A stretch of 64,000 nt of DNA from an uncultured bacterium. Lineage in GTDB: Bacteria; Patescibacteriota; Minisyncoccia; UBA6257; 2-01-FULL-56-20. Positions 27,593 through 38,387 of the stretch are shown here, one piece after another. Numbering within the stretch: the stretch's first letter is position 1; each line of letters begins with the position of its first letter. A program made the translations under genes and the position numbers. The notes under the pieces were generated by a model, which saw only the letters and a program-made list of their open reading frames with translations, was not told the origin of the DNA and did no database searches. The stretch is from NCBI GenBank assembly GCA_963844965.1, contig CAWJQC010000007.1:32001-96000 (forward strand), in the 5' to 3' direction.

Positions 27593-28024
27593 ATGGCCCT
27601 ACTACCTACTACTTACTACCCGCTACCTACCCATAGGGGGCAGGCGGCCCTGGCCCTGGTTCTTATAATCGGCGGGACAATAGTGACCGTCTCCTTAACT
27701 CTCGCGATCCTCACCACCTCCTTCGTCAATTCCGCTTACGGCTTCAGTGTTTCCGAGAGGGCAGAGGCGGTTGCTTCATCCGGAGCGGCGGATGCACTTG
27801 TGCGGCTTTTGCGCAATAAAGATTTCTCGTCTCCCGGTGGTTATTCGGTTAACGTTGGCAGCGACTCGGCTTGGGTAACCGTGAGCAACGGTTCGCCGAT
27901 TGCCGGTGAAGTTACTATAATCTCAAAAGCTACGGCTTCCACGCGCCAACGGACAACTACCGTTATCGCAGCCAGAAGTTCTACGAGCAGCCTTATAACC
28001 GTAGTTTCTAGGATACAGTCCTGA
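27593..28024 (+). CDS. Pseudopilin-like protein
   Basis: HRGQAALALVLIIGGTIVTVSL hydrophobic N-terminus after a G; no Glu at +5. Confidence 0.45.
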   Translation: MALLPTTYYPLPTHRGQAALALVLIIGGTIVTVSLTLAILTTSFVNSAYGFSVSERAEAVASSGAADALVRLLRNKDFSSPGGYSVNVGSDSAWVTVSNGSPIAGEVTIISKATASTRQRTTTVIAARSSTSSLITVVSRIQS

Positions 28025-28040
28025 AGATTAATTTGAAGAC

Positions 28041-29554
28041 ATGGCAATAAATTTTAAATATTACGCAGGAAAAATATTGTCCGCTCTGAGGATTAAGACC
28101 TTCGTGGGCGGCTTGGAGGTTTCCGATTCGGTGATGCGCTTCGCGTATTTTGACGGAAGGACGTGGCGTTTGGCTGGCGTGCGCCTCGAACCGGGCATAA
28201 TCGATGGCGGCAAGATAAAAAACCGCGACGGTTTCATTTCGGCCCTGCAGGCGCTCAAGTCCCAGATTTTCAGCGGTCACGATTTAAAAAGAGGGCCAGC
28301 GTCATTGTTTCTTTGAGTTCCATCGGCATTTACAGCCAGGTATTCAGCTTGCCGATTATAGAGGGGGAAAATCTGGAGAAGGCCATCCAACTTAATGTTC
28401 AGATGGTTTCTCCGATTGAGGCCTCGCAGGCTTACTCCGGTTGGCAGAAGGTCGGCGAGGATAAGGCCTCTTTGCGCCTTGAAATTTTGAGCGCTTTCGT
28501 GGACAAATCGGTGATTGACGAACTTAATCAGGCGCTTTTTGACGGCGGCTTTGTCGCCGCAGCGGTTGATTCGCGGGCGTTGTCTCTCGCTCGTCTTTTC
28601 CGGGAGGAAGGGATTGGTTTTGACGAGAACAAGTCCTACGTGCTTCTGAGCATTGACAGTTCCGGCATGGATTTTTTGATAATCAGGCGTAGCCAACTTT
28701 ATTTTGAATATTTTAGCCCCTGGCGCGAGGCCGCGGACGAGAAAGGCGAAATACAAATCTCTTCATTCAATGCCGCAATCACACGCAATCTTCACCGCGT
28801 TATGAATTTTTACAGTCAGCACTGGCCGGAACCCCTGGAGGGCGTTATACTTTCCGCGACCGCGCTGGTTGACGAGACGAAGAAGGTCGTTGCCGAAAAT
28901 TTCTCGCTCCCGGTGAGGGAATTGCGGCTAAGCATGGACCAATCAATAGGTCCGGAATGGTTCGTCGCCCTGGGGTGTGGACTGCGGGGTGTGAAGCCGA
29001 GGGGCGCCGATAAAGAAGTGAGTTTGCTGGGGATCGGCGCCGCAGAGGAGTTTTATCGCGAACAGCTGATTGGATTCATGAGTTTTTGGCGCTTGCTTGT
29101 GCCACTCGTGCTCGGTTTACTTGTTGTATCGTTTTTCTTGTCGGATTTATTCCTGATTCAGACGCGTCATTCTCTCGAGGCGCGAGCGCTGCCCACTTTT
29201 TCAGGCGAGCAAACAAAAGAGTATTCTACGCTCGCGGCGCAAGCCGATGACTTCAACCGCTCAGTTAAGCTGATTGAGAGTGTCCAGAGTTCACTTTTTT
29301 CGGATGGTAAGCTTTGGGATAAAATTTCTGGAATTATGGCTACCGCCGGGGTAAAACCAGACCACCTTTCTTTCCAGGGCATTAATTCGCCGGTTGCTTT
29401 GAGCGGTACCGCCAAATCAGAGGATCAGGTTATGGCCTTCAAATCCGCATTGGCGAACGATCCAGAATTCGGCGGGGTTAATTTGCCGATTTCAAACATT
29501 GAAACCAACCCCGAAGGAGTTTCTTTTTCCCTTACCTTTAACATAAATCACTAA
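28041..29554 (+). CDS. pilM: PilM-like actin-fold ATPase fused to PilN-like TM protein; N-terminal part frameshifted at an A5 run (28286-28290)
   Basis: 28041-28316 encodes the PilM N-terminus and 28163-29554 the rest plus a TM and a PilN-like tail; the frames meet at gatttAAAAAgag. Confidence 0.65.
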
Positions 29555-29571
29555 AGGACGGTTCGGGCTGT

Positions 29572-30181
29572 TCAGCTGCCGGCGAGACCGATATCTTCGG
29601 CAGCTTTTTTGACAGCCCGAGCCAGCAGTTCGGAGTTCTCCTTCCCGATTTTCTTTAAGACGAATTCCCCAGCCTTTTTTCTTGTTCCTAGTCCAACACC
29701 ATCCAGATGCTCCACTCTTATGCCAATACGCAAGCGCCACAGTTTTTTTGTGCCCAGACGGCTGATTATGGATTCAACTCCTTTGTGGCCGGCCGAGCCG
29801 CGGTTCCAGGACAACTTCGTGCGGCCGATCTCGAGAATCGCTGTCGTCGTGTATGACAAGGATTTCTTCGGGTCGGAGGTTGAAATAGTGGAGCGCCTTC
29901 TCTGCCACCGCACCGGATTCGTTCATAAAGGTCAAGGACTTGATCCAGACGAGCCTTTTCCCCCTGCAATATTCAAAGGACCTTCCGACTCTTTTCGTGG
30001 CAGCTGCTTCTTTGGTGTGATTCCGGCGCAGCCAATCAACAGCGCTGATACCGACATTGTGATAGGTGTTTTCGTATTCGGCCGCGGCATTTCCGAGTCC
30101 GATTATGGCTTTGATAGACGAGGCATCCCATTGTTTTTCACCCTCGGAGCTCGGAGCTTGATTCGATCCTTTTTTAGTCAT
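29572..30181 (-). CDS. pth: Peptidyl-tRNA hydrolase, split by a frameshift near 29845
   Basis: 29774-30181 gives IIGLGNAAAEYENTYHNVG..KSLTFMNESG..VIHDD; 29572-29913 gives ..WNRGSAGHKGVESIISRLGT..RLRIGI..; together they make a complete Pth. Confidence 0.7.
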
Positions 30182-30227
30182 ATAATGTAGTATAACGCTG
30201 CGGGGAAAAAATTAGAAATTTTTTATA

Positions 30228-30779
30228 TTGATGCGCCAATTTTTCGCTTCGGTTTTGGAGGTTTTCGAGGTCGCCCTCGTTGCCGTGGGCGCCGTCTTTG
30301 TGATCCGAAGCTTTTTGGTCCAGCCGTTTCTTGTAAGCGGCTCAAGCATGGTCCCGAATTTCAAGAACGGCGATTATCTTCTCGTGGACGAGCTGACCTA
30401 TCGCTTTCGTCCGCCGGAGCGCGGCGAAGTGATCGTTTTCCGGTACCCGAACGATCCGTCAACATACTTTATCAAACGCATCGTCGGCCTTCCGGGTGAG
30501 CGAATTGTGATTAAAGACGACAAAATTATGGTTTATAACCAAACGACCACTGGCGGTTTCGTTTTGACGGAAGATTATCTGCCCAAGTCGATTTACACGA
30601 ACGGCGATGAAGAATTCAAATTAAAAGATGATCAGTATCTGACGCTGGGGGATAATCGTTCGCTCAGTTTTGATTCGCGAAGCTGGGGACCTCTTCCCAA
30701 GAACGATATTGTTGGCCTTGTGCGCTTGCGGCTTTGGCCCCTACCGGATTTCCAGGCGTTCGCGGCGCCGCAATACTAA
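30228..30779 (+). CDS. lepB: Signal peptidase I
   Basis: GSSMVPNF (catalytic Ser region), YIKRIVGLPGE (Lys box), GDNRSLSFDSR. Confidence 0.85.
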   Translation: MMRQFFASVLEVFEVALVAVGAVFVIRSFLVQPFLVSGSSMVPNFKNGDYLLVDELTYRFRPPERGEVIVFRYPNDPSTYFIKRIVGLPGERIVIKDDKIMVYNQTTTGGFVLTEDYLPKSIYTNGDEEFKLKDDQYLTLGDNRSLSFDSRSWGPLPKNDIVGLVRLRLWPLPDFQAFAAPQY

Positions 30780-30891
30780 ATTAAACTTACGAAAATACGA
30801 AAATATACGAAAATATGAAAGGAAACGAGGATTCATTTTTTTCGTACGTTCGTACAATTTCGTACTTTCGTAAGGGTGAGCAGAAGCGAAC

Positions 30892-32193
30892 ATGAAAAAC
30901 AAATCCAAAAACAAGGAAACGCCGAAGATGTTCCAAGCGCCGAAGGGGATGCATGATGTTTTGCCCCACGACCAGCCGTACTGGGAGAGAATTGAATCTG
31001 TCGTGAAAGATGCGGCGCGGTACTTTAATTTCCAGAGGATTGAGCCGCCGATTTTGGAGGATGCCGATTTGTTTAAGAAGACCACTGGCGAGGACAGCGA
31101 CATTGTTCAGAAAGAAATGTATACCCTAAGGACAAAAGGCGGCGATTTGCTGGCGCTACGGCCGGAATATACGCCGTCAATCTGCCGCGCCTATTTGGAA
31201 CACGGACTCTCGCGCCTTGGTCAGCCACAGAAGCTTTTCCATTTCGGCCCGGTTTTTCGCCATGACCGCCCGCAGCTCGGCCGGTTCCGGCAGTTCACCC
31301 AATTTGGCTTTGAGATTCTTGGCGGTCCGAACGATCCGATTTACGACGCGCAAGTGATTTTGATTTACAACACCATCCTTGAGGATTTGAAAATAAAAAA
31401 TACATTATTGAAAATAAATTCAATAGGGTGCAAGGTTTGCCGGCCCCTCTATAAGAAACAGTTGCAGAACTATTACAAAAATCACGAGAAAGAATTGTGC
31501 GCTGATTGTGCGAGGCGCCTGAAAACTAACCCATTGCGCCTTCTTGATTGTAAAAACGAGAACTGCGAGAAATTGAAGAGTAAGGCGCCGAATTTCCTGG
31601 ACAAACTGTGCGCCACCTGCGGCAAACACTTCAGAGAGGTGTTGGAATATTTGGATGAGCTTAACATTCCATACACTCTTGATAACCAGCTCGTTAGGGG
31701 GCTTGATTACTACAGCCGGACGGTTTTTGAAATTTACGCGGACGGCGTCGGCAGCGATGTCGGCGCTTTGCCTGCTGGCGGACGCTACGATTATCTGATG
31801 GAATTTTTGGGCGGGCGCCTCACGTTCGCGGTGGGAGCCGCTTGCGGCGTTGAACGATTGATCGCCGTTATGAAGCTGCGCGAGATTGGTTTGCAGCCGA
31901 AGATTATGAAACGGATTTTTCTGGCGCACGCCGGGGACTTGGCAAAACGAAAGGCGCTAAAGTTGATGAAAACTTTGGAATCAGAGGGGATTCCGGTGGT
32001 CGAGGCGTTGTCCAGGGAATCCTTGGGGGCTCAGCTTAAGTTGGCGAACAAGGAGGGGATATCGCTCGCCTTGATATTGGGGCAGAAAGAGATTTACGAA
32101 TCGTCGGTCATAATCCGCGACATGAGGACGGGGTTGCAAGAATCCGTGCCTTTAGATAGACTGGTTGATGAAATTAAAAAGCGCTCGAAGTAG
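30892..32193 (+). CDS. hisS: Histidyl-tRNA synthetase with Cys-rich insertion
   Basis: Class II motifs ..FRHDRPQLGRFRQF.., GGRYDYL; insertion with CKVC..C..C / CADCARR / CKNENC / CATCG clusters; anticodon-binding C-terminal domain. Confidence 0.9.
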   Translation: MKNKSKNKETPKMFQAPKGMHDVLPHDQPYWERIESVVKDAARYFNFQRIEPPILEDADLFKKTTGEDSDIVQKEMYTLRTKGGDLLALRPEYTPSICRAYLEHGLSRLGQPQKLFHFGPVFRHDRPQLGRFRQFTQFGFEILGGPNDPIYDAQVILIYNTILEDLKIKNTLLKINSIGCKVCRPLYKKQLQNYYKNHEKELCADCARRLKTNPLRLLDCKNENCEKLKSKAPNFLDKLCATCGKHFREVLEYLDELNIPYTLDNQLVRGLDYYSRTVFEIYADGVGSDVGALPAGGRYDYLMEFLGGRLTFAVGAACGVERLIAVMKLREIGLQPKIMKRIFLAHAGDLAKRKALKLMKTLESEGIPVVEALSRESLGAQLKLANKEGISLALILGQKEIYESSVIIRDMRTGLQESVPLDRLVDEIKKRSK

Positions 32194-32247
32194 AGTAATC
32201 GCTAATGACGCGAATGATAGCAAATAACGCAAATAAAATTCGCATTA

Positions 32248-32712
32248 TTGGTAAAAATTAGCATTATTCGCGAACACTCTATGGAAGATTGTATCTTTTG
32301 TAAAATAGCGGTCAAGAAAAATCCGGCCTTCGTCGTCTACGAGGACGAAGAAACGATGGCGTTTTTGGATGTTACTCCGCGCGCGGAGGGGCACACCATG
32401 GTCATACCGAAGCAGCATTACGCCACGCTCGTTGACTTGCCGGAATCGGAGGTTAAGGCGCTTTTTCTGGCCGTGAAGTCGGTATCGGAGCTTCTTCTTA
32501 AGAACCTGAACGCGGAAGGGCTTACGATCGGCATCAATCACGGCGCGGTGAGCGGCCAGGTTGTGGGGCACCTACACGTTCACGTTCTGCCAAGATTCAG
32601 CAATGATGGTGGCGGCATGATTCAGTCTATCGTGCACCAGCCACCCACGAGTTCGCTAGGAGATACGCTCAAAAAAATACTGGCGAAATCAAAAGGCCGA
32701 AAATTAAATTAA
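32248..32712 (+). CDS. HIT-family hydrolase
   Basis: HLHVHVLP histidine triad; the start is probably the internal Met at 32281. Confidence 0.8.
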   Translation: MVKISIIREHSMEDCIFCKIAVKKNPAFVVYEDEETMAFLDVTPRAEGHTMVIPKQHYATLVDLPESEVKALFLAVKSVSELLLKNLNAEGLTIGINHGAVSGQVVGHLHVHVLPRFSNDGGGMIQSIVHQPPTSSLGDTLKKILAKSKGRKLN

Positions 32713-32787
32713 AGATGAAAAATGAAATATTAAAAATTAGTACCCATGCGCATTTTTAATTTTTAATATTTAATTTTTTATTTTTCG

Positions 32788-33006
32788 ATGTCAAGCGTTG
32801 AAGCAAAAAGAAAACAGGGCGAGTCGGCTTCAAGCCTTCTCTATAATTTCACCAAAAGGGTAAAACGCAGCGGCGTTTTAAAGGAAGCGCGCAAACGCCG
32901 TTTCCACACGCGCCGGATAAGCCGTCTGAAGCGGCGCCTTTCGGCGATTCACCGCGACAATAAGCGGAAAGAAATGGAAAGGGCGCGCAAGCTGGGCATT
33001 CTATGA
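32788..33006 (+). CDS. rpsU: Ribosomal protein bS21-like
   Basis: 72-aa basic protein, ..VKRSGVLKEARKRRFHTRRISRLKRR.. Confidence 0.65.
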   Translation: MSSVEAKRKQGESASSLLYNFTKRVKRSGVLKEARKRRFHTRRISRLKRRLSAIHRDNKRKEMERARKLGIL

Positions 33007-33018
33007 ACCATATATTTT

Positions 33019-33474
33019 ATGTCTACCCACGACAAAATTAAAGAAGACCTGACGGTGGCGTTGAAGAGTGGCTTGAAAGACCGCATCAGTGTTTTGCGCA
33101 TGATTATGGCGGAGCTTCACAATAAAGAAAAAGAAAAGCCGGCGGATAAGCAATCTTTGATCGAAGAAGAAACGCTCGCGGTTTTGAAAAAAGAAGTTAA
33201 AAAAAGAAAGGAGGCCATAGAACTTTTCCGAAAAGGAAACCGGGAAGATTTGGCAAAAAAAGACGAAGCCGAACTCAAGATTATCGGCGAGTATCTGCCG
33301 CCGGAGATTGACCCCGCAGAAATCAAAGCGGTCGTTGAGCGGCTCTTCACCGCGGGTAACAAAGAATTCAACACGCTGATGCGCGAAACGATGAAAGAAC
33401 TCGCGGGCCGCGCCGATGGCAAGATTGTGAGTGAGAATCGTGAAAGAGAAGTTGGCAAAATAAGCCGTGGTTGA
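33019..33474 (+). CDS. GatB/YqeY-domain protein
   Basis: ..VLRMIMAELHNKE..LKKEVKKRKEAIELFRKGNREDLAKKDEAELKIIGEYLP.. Confidence 0.65.
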   Translation: MSTHDKIKEDLTVALKSGLKDRISVLRMIMAELHNKEKEKPADKQSLIEEETLAVLKKEVKKRKEAIELFRKGNREDLAKKDEAELKIIGEYLPPEIDPAEIKAVVERLFTAGNKEFNTLMRETMKELAGRADGKIVSENREREVGKISRG

Positions 33475-33550
33475 CGCTGTATTGCAGCGGTCGGGCGTTG
33501 CTCGGCTTTTTTGTTATTGACTATGGCCGTTTTTTCAGCGAAGATATGTC

Positions 33551-33958
33551 TTGATGGTTAGAAAATTGGGAAAAACACCACTCGAAACGCGGCTTGAATC
33601 GCTCTCTCAGCGGCTGTTTCGCGTTCTCAAAATTAAAAACTCCTACGCGGAGGTTTTTTTATTGAGCGGGGCGGAAATGCGGCGTTTAAGCAGGAAATAC
33701 CTCAAAAAAAAGAAGGGCTATACGCCGGATGTCCTAAGTTTTGTTGAGCCAAAAGGATTCCCGCACCCGGAAAAATCAAAGAAGCTTCTGGGTGAAATTT
33801 GTATAAATGAAGACATTGCCCGTCGCGACCCGAGGCGCGCGCGGGTGCTCCTCCTGCATGGACTTTTGCACATCTTGGGCTACACACACGACAAGAAAGG
33901 TGATACGCTGAAGATGGAGCGGTTAGAACGAAAGCTGATTAAAAAATTAACGAATTAA
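33551..33958 (+). CDS. ybeY: rRNA maturation endoribonuclease YbeY
   Basis: HGLLHILGYTHD zinc-binding motif. Confidence 0.75.
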   Translation: MMVRKLGKTPLETRLESLSQRLFRVLKIKNSYAEVFLLSGAEMRRLSRKYLKKKKGYTPDVLSFVEPKGFPHPEKSKKLLGEICINEDIARRDPRRARVLLLHGLLHILGYTHDKKGDTLKMERLERKLIKKLTN

Positions 33959-34015
33959 CGAGTTCACGAGTTAGCGCGACGCTTATTGTTTTTATTTAAC
34001 CCGTTAACCGATTAA

Positions 34016-35257
34016 TTGTATTTACTAATTATGTCTTCTAACTTTATAACCGGCTTAGATATCGGAACTTCCGCGATTAAAGTCGCTGTTGCCGAGAACA
34101 AAGACAACCGGCCGGCGCTAAAAGCGGTTTTTAAGGAACCGTCCATGGGATTGAGGAAGGGCGCCATTACCGAGCTCGCGGAGGCCTCCCAGGCCATAAG
34201 CCGCGCCCTCGCGGAGGTCAAAAAGATTTCCAAATCCGCGGCGAAGAACATTTACGTGAACATAGGAACTTCGCAGGTCAAGGCACAGGTTTCAAAAGGA
34301 ATAGTAGCGGTATCCCGCGCCGACACGGAAATTTATCGCGACGACGTAGATAGGGCAGTCAAGGCGAGTCAGGCGGTAAATCTCCTGCCGAATCGGACTA
34401 TCATACATAACGTCACGAGGGAATTCGTAGTTGACGGAGTCGGAGACATTCCTGACCCCTTGGGATTGTCTGGCAGCCGCCTTGAGGTGCAGAGTCTGGT
34501 CATAGACGCATTCTCTCCTCACGTGAAAAGCCTGGTCAAGGCCGTGGAACTTGCCGGTGGTCAAGTATCGGGACTCGTATTCAGTCCGCTTGTCGCAAGC
34601 CGTTCGTCTTTGAGCAGGAGCCAGAAGGATCTGGGAGTCGCGCTCATAGATATCGGATTCGGCACGACGGGCCTCGCGATTTACGAGGAGAACAAATTGT
34701 TGAGCGCGGTGAAGTTCCCGGTCGGCGCCTCCAACATTTCCAACGATTTGGCCGTCGGTTTGAAGATTCCCGTTCCGGCCGCGGAGAGTTTGAAATTGAA
34801 TTATGGCTACGCCTTGGCTCGCGACGTCGGGCAGAAAGAGTCCGTGGACCTCAAGAAATTTTTCCCGGAGGCTAAAGGAACAGTTTCGCGCCGTTTTGTG
34901 GCGGAGATTATAGAATCGCGGCTTGCCGAAATTCTGGATTTTATTAATAATGAATTGAAACTTTTGGAGAATCGAGGAAAGTTGCCCGGCGGAGTTATGT
35001 TAGTTGGGGGCGGAGCGAAGATGCCGGGCTTGAGCGACCTCGTCAAACAGGAACTGAAGCTTCCGAGCCAGGTAGGATTGTCTCTCGGCGATGAATGGGG
35101 AACCGAGGGCGCAAATTTTGAAGAATTTTTGGAAGATCCGGAATTTGTCACAGCCTTGGGGCTGGTCCTTTGGGGAACAGATAATGAGGGTTGGAATCGG
35201 AGCGGAGCGCTTTCCGGTTTCAGTGTCAGAAATGTCGTGAAATTGTTTTTGCCATAA
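34016..35257 (+). CDS. ftsA: Cell division protein FtsA
   Basis: GLDIGTSAIKVAV actin-fold N-terminus; the start may be the Met at 34031. Confidence 0.85.
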   Translation: MYLLIMSSNFITGLDIGTSAIKVAVAENKDNRPALKAVFKEPSMGLRKGAITELAEASQAISRALAEVKKISKSAAKNIYVNIGTSQVKAQVSKGIVAVSRADTEIYRDDVDRAVKASQAVNLLPNRTIIHNVTREFVVDGVGDIPDPLGLSGSRLEVQSLVIDAFSPHVKSLVKAVELAGGQVSGLVFSPLVASRSSLSRSQKDLGVALIDIGFGTTGLAIYEENKLLSAVKFPVGASNISNDLAVGLKIPVPAAESLKLNYGYALARDVGQKESVDLKKFFPEAKGTVSRRFVAEIIESRLAEILDFINNELKLLENRGKLPGGVMLVGGGAKMPGLSDLVKQELKLPSQVGLSLGDEWGTEGANFEEFLEDPEFVTALGLVLWGTDNEGWNRSGALSGFSVRNVVKLFLP

Positions 35258-35387
35258 CCTTCCAATACATGAATCCCGTTAGAAGCCGCGATCGCCATAT
35301 CAAACAACAAATCAGTCCCATGTACTACAGTCGTTGTTATAAAATAATTTTACAGACTCGCATCAATCGCGATCTGCTTCTAACGGG

Positions 35388-36638
35388 ATGAAAGAGAGCA
35401 AGAAGCAGCGCCATATTCAGAAGAAGAAGGAGAAGCCCCAAGAAATCTTGGCGAATATAAAAGTGGTCGGCATTGGCGGCGGAGGGGGAAATGCGGTGGC
35501 GCGCATGAGCAAGAACTTCATCCGCGGAGTTGAATTTGTTGCCATCAATACCGACCATCAGGACCTTGACCGGTGCAGCGTGCGCAGGAAAATTTATATC
35601 GGTAAAAATCTCACGAAAGGATTGGGCACCGGCATGAATCCGGACCTCGGGAGGCAGGCGGCGGAAGAGAATAAGTCGGAGATTGCGGAGGCGCTCGCAG
35701 GCGCGGATATGGTTTTTGTGGCGGCGGGGTTGGGCGGCGGAACCGGTTCCGGCGGAGCGCCGGTCATTGCCGAGGTCGCGAAGCACAGCGGAGCGCTCAC
35801 GATTGCCGTTGTCACGAAACCCTTCGCTTTTGAAGGAGCCCAGCGCGACAGGATCGCCCGCGAGGGCCTCGTGAAGCTGAAGGACAAGGTGGACGCCATA
35901 ATCGTGGTTCCGAACGATAGGATTTTCAGTATCATCAGCAAGGATACGCCGATCATGAAGGCCTTTGACGCAATTGACGACGTTCTGAGGAACGCGCTCC
36001 GCGGCATTGTTGAGCTGATTGTTTCTCCGGGGATAATCAACGTTGACTTCGCCGATGTCAAAACGATAGTTCAGGACGCCGGCGCCGCCGTTATCGGGGT
36101 CGGGATTGGGTCTGGTGCTGACAGGGCCGCGAGCGCCGTCAATCTGGCGCTAAGCTCGCCGCTCGTTGAGGCGACTGCCGAAGGCGCGAAAGCGGTGCTT
36201 TTGGGAATTTCCGGCGGGCGCGATTTGAAAATGAACGAGATAAATGAGGCGGCAAAAGTTGTCGCTCAGGTAGTAGATCCGGGCGCGCGCATAATATTCG
36301 GTGCGTATCACGATAAGAACTTGCGGCCGAACCAGGTCAAGGTCACTTTGATCGCTACCGGTTTTAACGGCAATCAGCCAAGCTCCCTTTTTCCCGGCGG
36401 CCAGTCGGGCGAGAAACATCCGGGTTATGGCGTGGAGTCGGCGCATGGCGACGACAAATCCAAAACCGGCATTGCTGATGCGAGAAAGACACAAGTTTTC
36501 AAATCTAAGCAGGAAAGCGGCGCGGTGCAGGCCGTTGCTGATAAAAGAAGAGACGATAATTTTCCGCAGAAAACCGAGGCGGCAAAAAGCGACAGCGACT
36601 GGGACTTCCCGACGTTTTTGAGAAAAAAGAAAAAATAA
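35388..36638 (+). CDS. ftsZ: Cell division GTPase FtsZ
   Basis: GIGGGGGNAV, GLGGGTGSGGAPVIAEV tubulin signature. Confidence 0.9.
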   Translation: MKESKKQRHIQKKKEKPQEILANIKVVGIGGGGGNAVARMSKNFIRGVEFVAINTDHQDLDRCSVRRKIYIGKNLTKGLGTGMNPDLGRQAAEENKSEIAEALAGADMVFVAAGLGGGTGSGGAPVIAEVAKHSGALTIAVVTKPFAFEGAQRDRIAREGLVKLKDKVDAIIVVPNDRIFSIISKDTPIMKAFDAIDDVLRNALRGIVELIVSPGIINVDFADVKTIVQDAGAAVIGVGIGSGADRAASAVNLALSSPLVEATAEGAKAVLLGISGGRDLKMNEINEAAKVVAQVVDPGARIIFGAYHDKNLRPNQVKVTLIATGFNGNQPSSLFPGGQSGEKHPGYGVESAHGDDKSKTGIADARKTQVFKSKQESGAVQAVADKRRDDNFPQKTEAAKSDSDWDFPTFLRKKKK

Positions 36639-36701
36639 TCCGCTTAAGAATTTCAACCCCCTCTGTTGCGAGGGGGTTTCACTTCTGGCTGAGGTCGTTT
36701 C

Positions 36702-37748
36702 CTAATCGTCGCTTTCAGTGTCTGGTCCTTCAATCGCCATGGGCTCTATATTCATGCCTTCGCCGGTGATTTTCAGAACGTCTTTGTCCACTTTTTTCAG
36801 TTCTTTGTAGGCTTTTGTATACATTCCTACCGTTGTTCCGAGGTGTGTTCCCAATTTTTGCATGTAGGCATCGTAGCTCCCGAGATGTCTTCCCAATTCT
36901 TCCACGCGGGCGCGGATTTCCTTTGCCGATTCTTCAATTTGCATCGCCTTTAGTCCCTGGAGGACCGTTTGCAGATAGGCGAGAAACGAAGTGGGGGAGA
37001 CGATGATCACCTTCTTATCTTTTGTCGCGTACTCCACGAGGTCGCGCGTGTTCGCCTTTACCGAGCCGATTTTGTTGACGAGAAGATCGTAGTAAATGGC
37101 TTCGGAGGGGATGAACATGAAGGCGAAGTCCATCGTGCCTTCGTTGGGCTTGATGTATTTTGACGTTTCGTCAATTCTGGTTTTGAGGTCGTTTTTGAAT
37201 ACTTCCTCAAGTCGTTCCCGCTCGGCGTCATTTTTCGCTTCAAGAATGCGGTTGTAATTATCAAGACTGAATTTGGAATCAATCGGTATGATCCTGTCTT
37301 TTACGAAAATGATGGCATCCACAATCGTTCCGTCCTTGAATCCGTACTGCATTTGATACGTACCCGGCGGCATGACATTCTTCAAAACCGTTTCCAGGTA
37401 ATATTCGCCGAGTATCCCGCGCTGTTTCGGGTTTTTCAGGATATCCTGGAGATTTTTCAGCTGGTCGGTTATGTTCATGACCTGCTTTTGCCCTTCGCCC
37501 ACCTTTGTGAGCTCGGTCGTGATTTCCTTGATGATTTTGGCGCTTTCGCCGAATTGTTGCTGGATCACCTTCGTAGATTCGCCGAGTTTTGTATCAAGCG
37601 TGCGTGAGAGTTCATTGATTTGGTTCTGAATCAGTAGAAACGCCTGATCTTTTTGATCGGTTTTCTTGTGAGCTCTTACGAAATTCCAGAAGATGGCGAT
37701 TCCCGCAGCTAAGACTATTAAGACGATTATGAGGAGTATTGTTTCCAT
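36702..37748 (-). CDS. rmuC: DNA recombination protein RmuC
   Basis: N-terminal TM, coiled coil, RmuC C-terminal domain. Confidence 0.8.
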   Translation of the reverse strand: METILLIIVLIVLAAGIAIFWNFVRAHKKTDQKDQAFLLIQNQINELSRTLDTKLGESTKVIQQQFGESAKIIKEITTELTKVGEGQKQVMNITDQLKNLQDILKNPKQRGILGEYYLETVLKNVMPPGTYQMQYGFKDGTIVDAIIFVKDRIIPIDSKFSLDNYNRILEAKNDAERERLEEVFKNDLKTRIDETSKYIKPNEGTMDFAFMFIPSEAIYYDLLVNKIGSVKANTRDLVEYATKDKKVIIVSPTSFLAYLQTVLQGLKAMQIEESAKEIRARVEELGRHLGSYDAYMQKLGTHLGTTVGMYTKAYKELKKVDKDVLKITGEGMNIEPMAIEGPDTESDD

Positions 37749-38216
37749 TTTTTTAATTCTAACTTTTTTCGTAAAAATTTAAAACAAAACCGCCGAGCAC
37801 GTATACCCGGCGGTTTTATAAAAGGCGTTTCATTTCGACCGTTATCTCAAGATGATTTTCGCCACAGTGCACAGTGGCGAGCGCACTAAACCATCTCAAT
37901 CAAACGCGTTCTACTTTGAAATCTTCTCGTTAGCCTTAGCCGCTGGATTGCTCCAAGCCGTAGGCGGTGGGCCGATAAATCGACTCTGCCTGTATGGGGG
38001 AGGCCTTTCAGCATTCCCGACTTACCTTAAGTATAGCTCCTATATTCCTCAAAGTCAAATTGTTTTATCCACAGGACAAAACATCCCCAATTTGAGCCGG
38101 GGTGTTTTTTGGGTTGCGTTTACCAGCGTCCCTGTCCGCCGCGATCTCCGCGCAGAGCCGGTTCAAAGAAAAAAGCTGCCATACGGCAGCTATCTGGAGG
38201 ATTTACCTCCCGCACT

Positions 38217-38387
38217 TCATTTTTTTGAGGCGCGTTTTTTGCGCTTAGTACTTTTTGTGGCTGTCTCGTCAATAATTGACTCTATCTGCTTACGCCTTTT
38301 TTCTGAAACCCCCAGAATTTTCGCGACTTCTTTTGTTGTCGGGTATGGTGTGGTGATTAGGACCGGTTTCTTCTTTTGTTTTGCCAT
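38217..38387 (-). CDS. Small basic protein (56 aa), possible HTH
   Basis: MAKQKKKPVLITTPYPTTKEVAKILGVSEKRRKQIESIIDETATKSTKRKKRASKK; flanked by terminator hairpins; below the ORF-track size cutoff. Confidence 0.3.
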   Translation of the reverse strand: MAKQKKKPVLITTPYPTTKEVAKILGVSEKRRKQIESIIDETATKSTKRKKRASKK

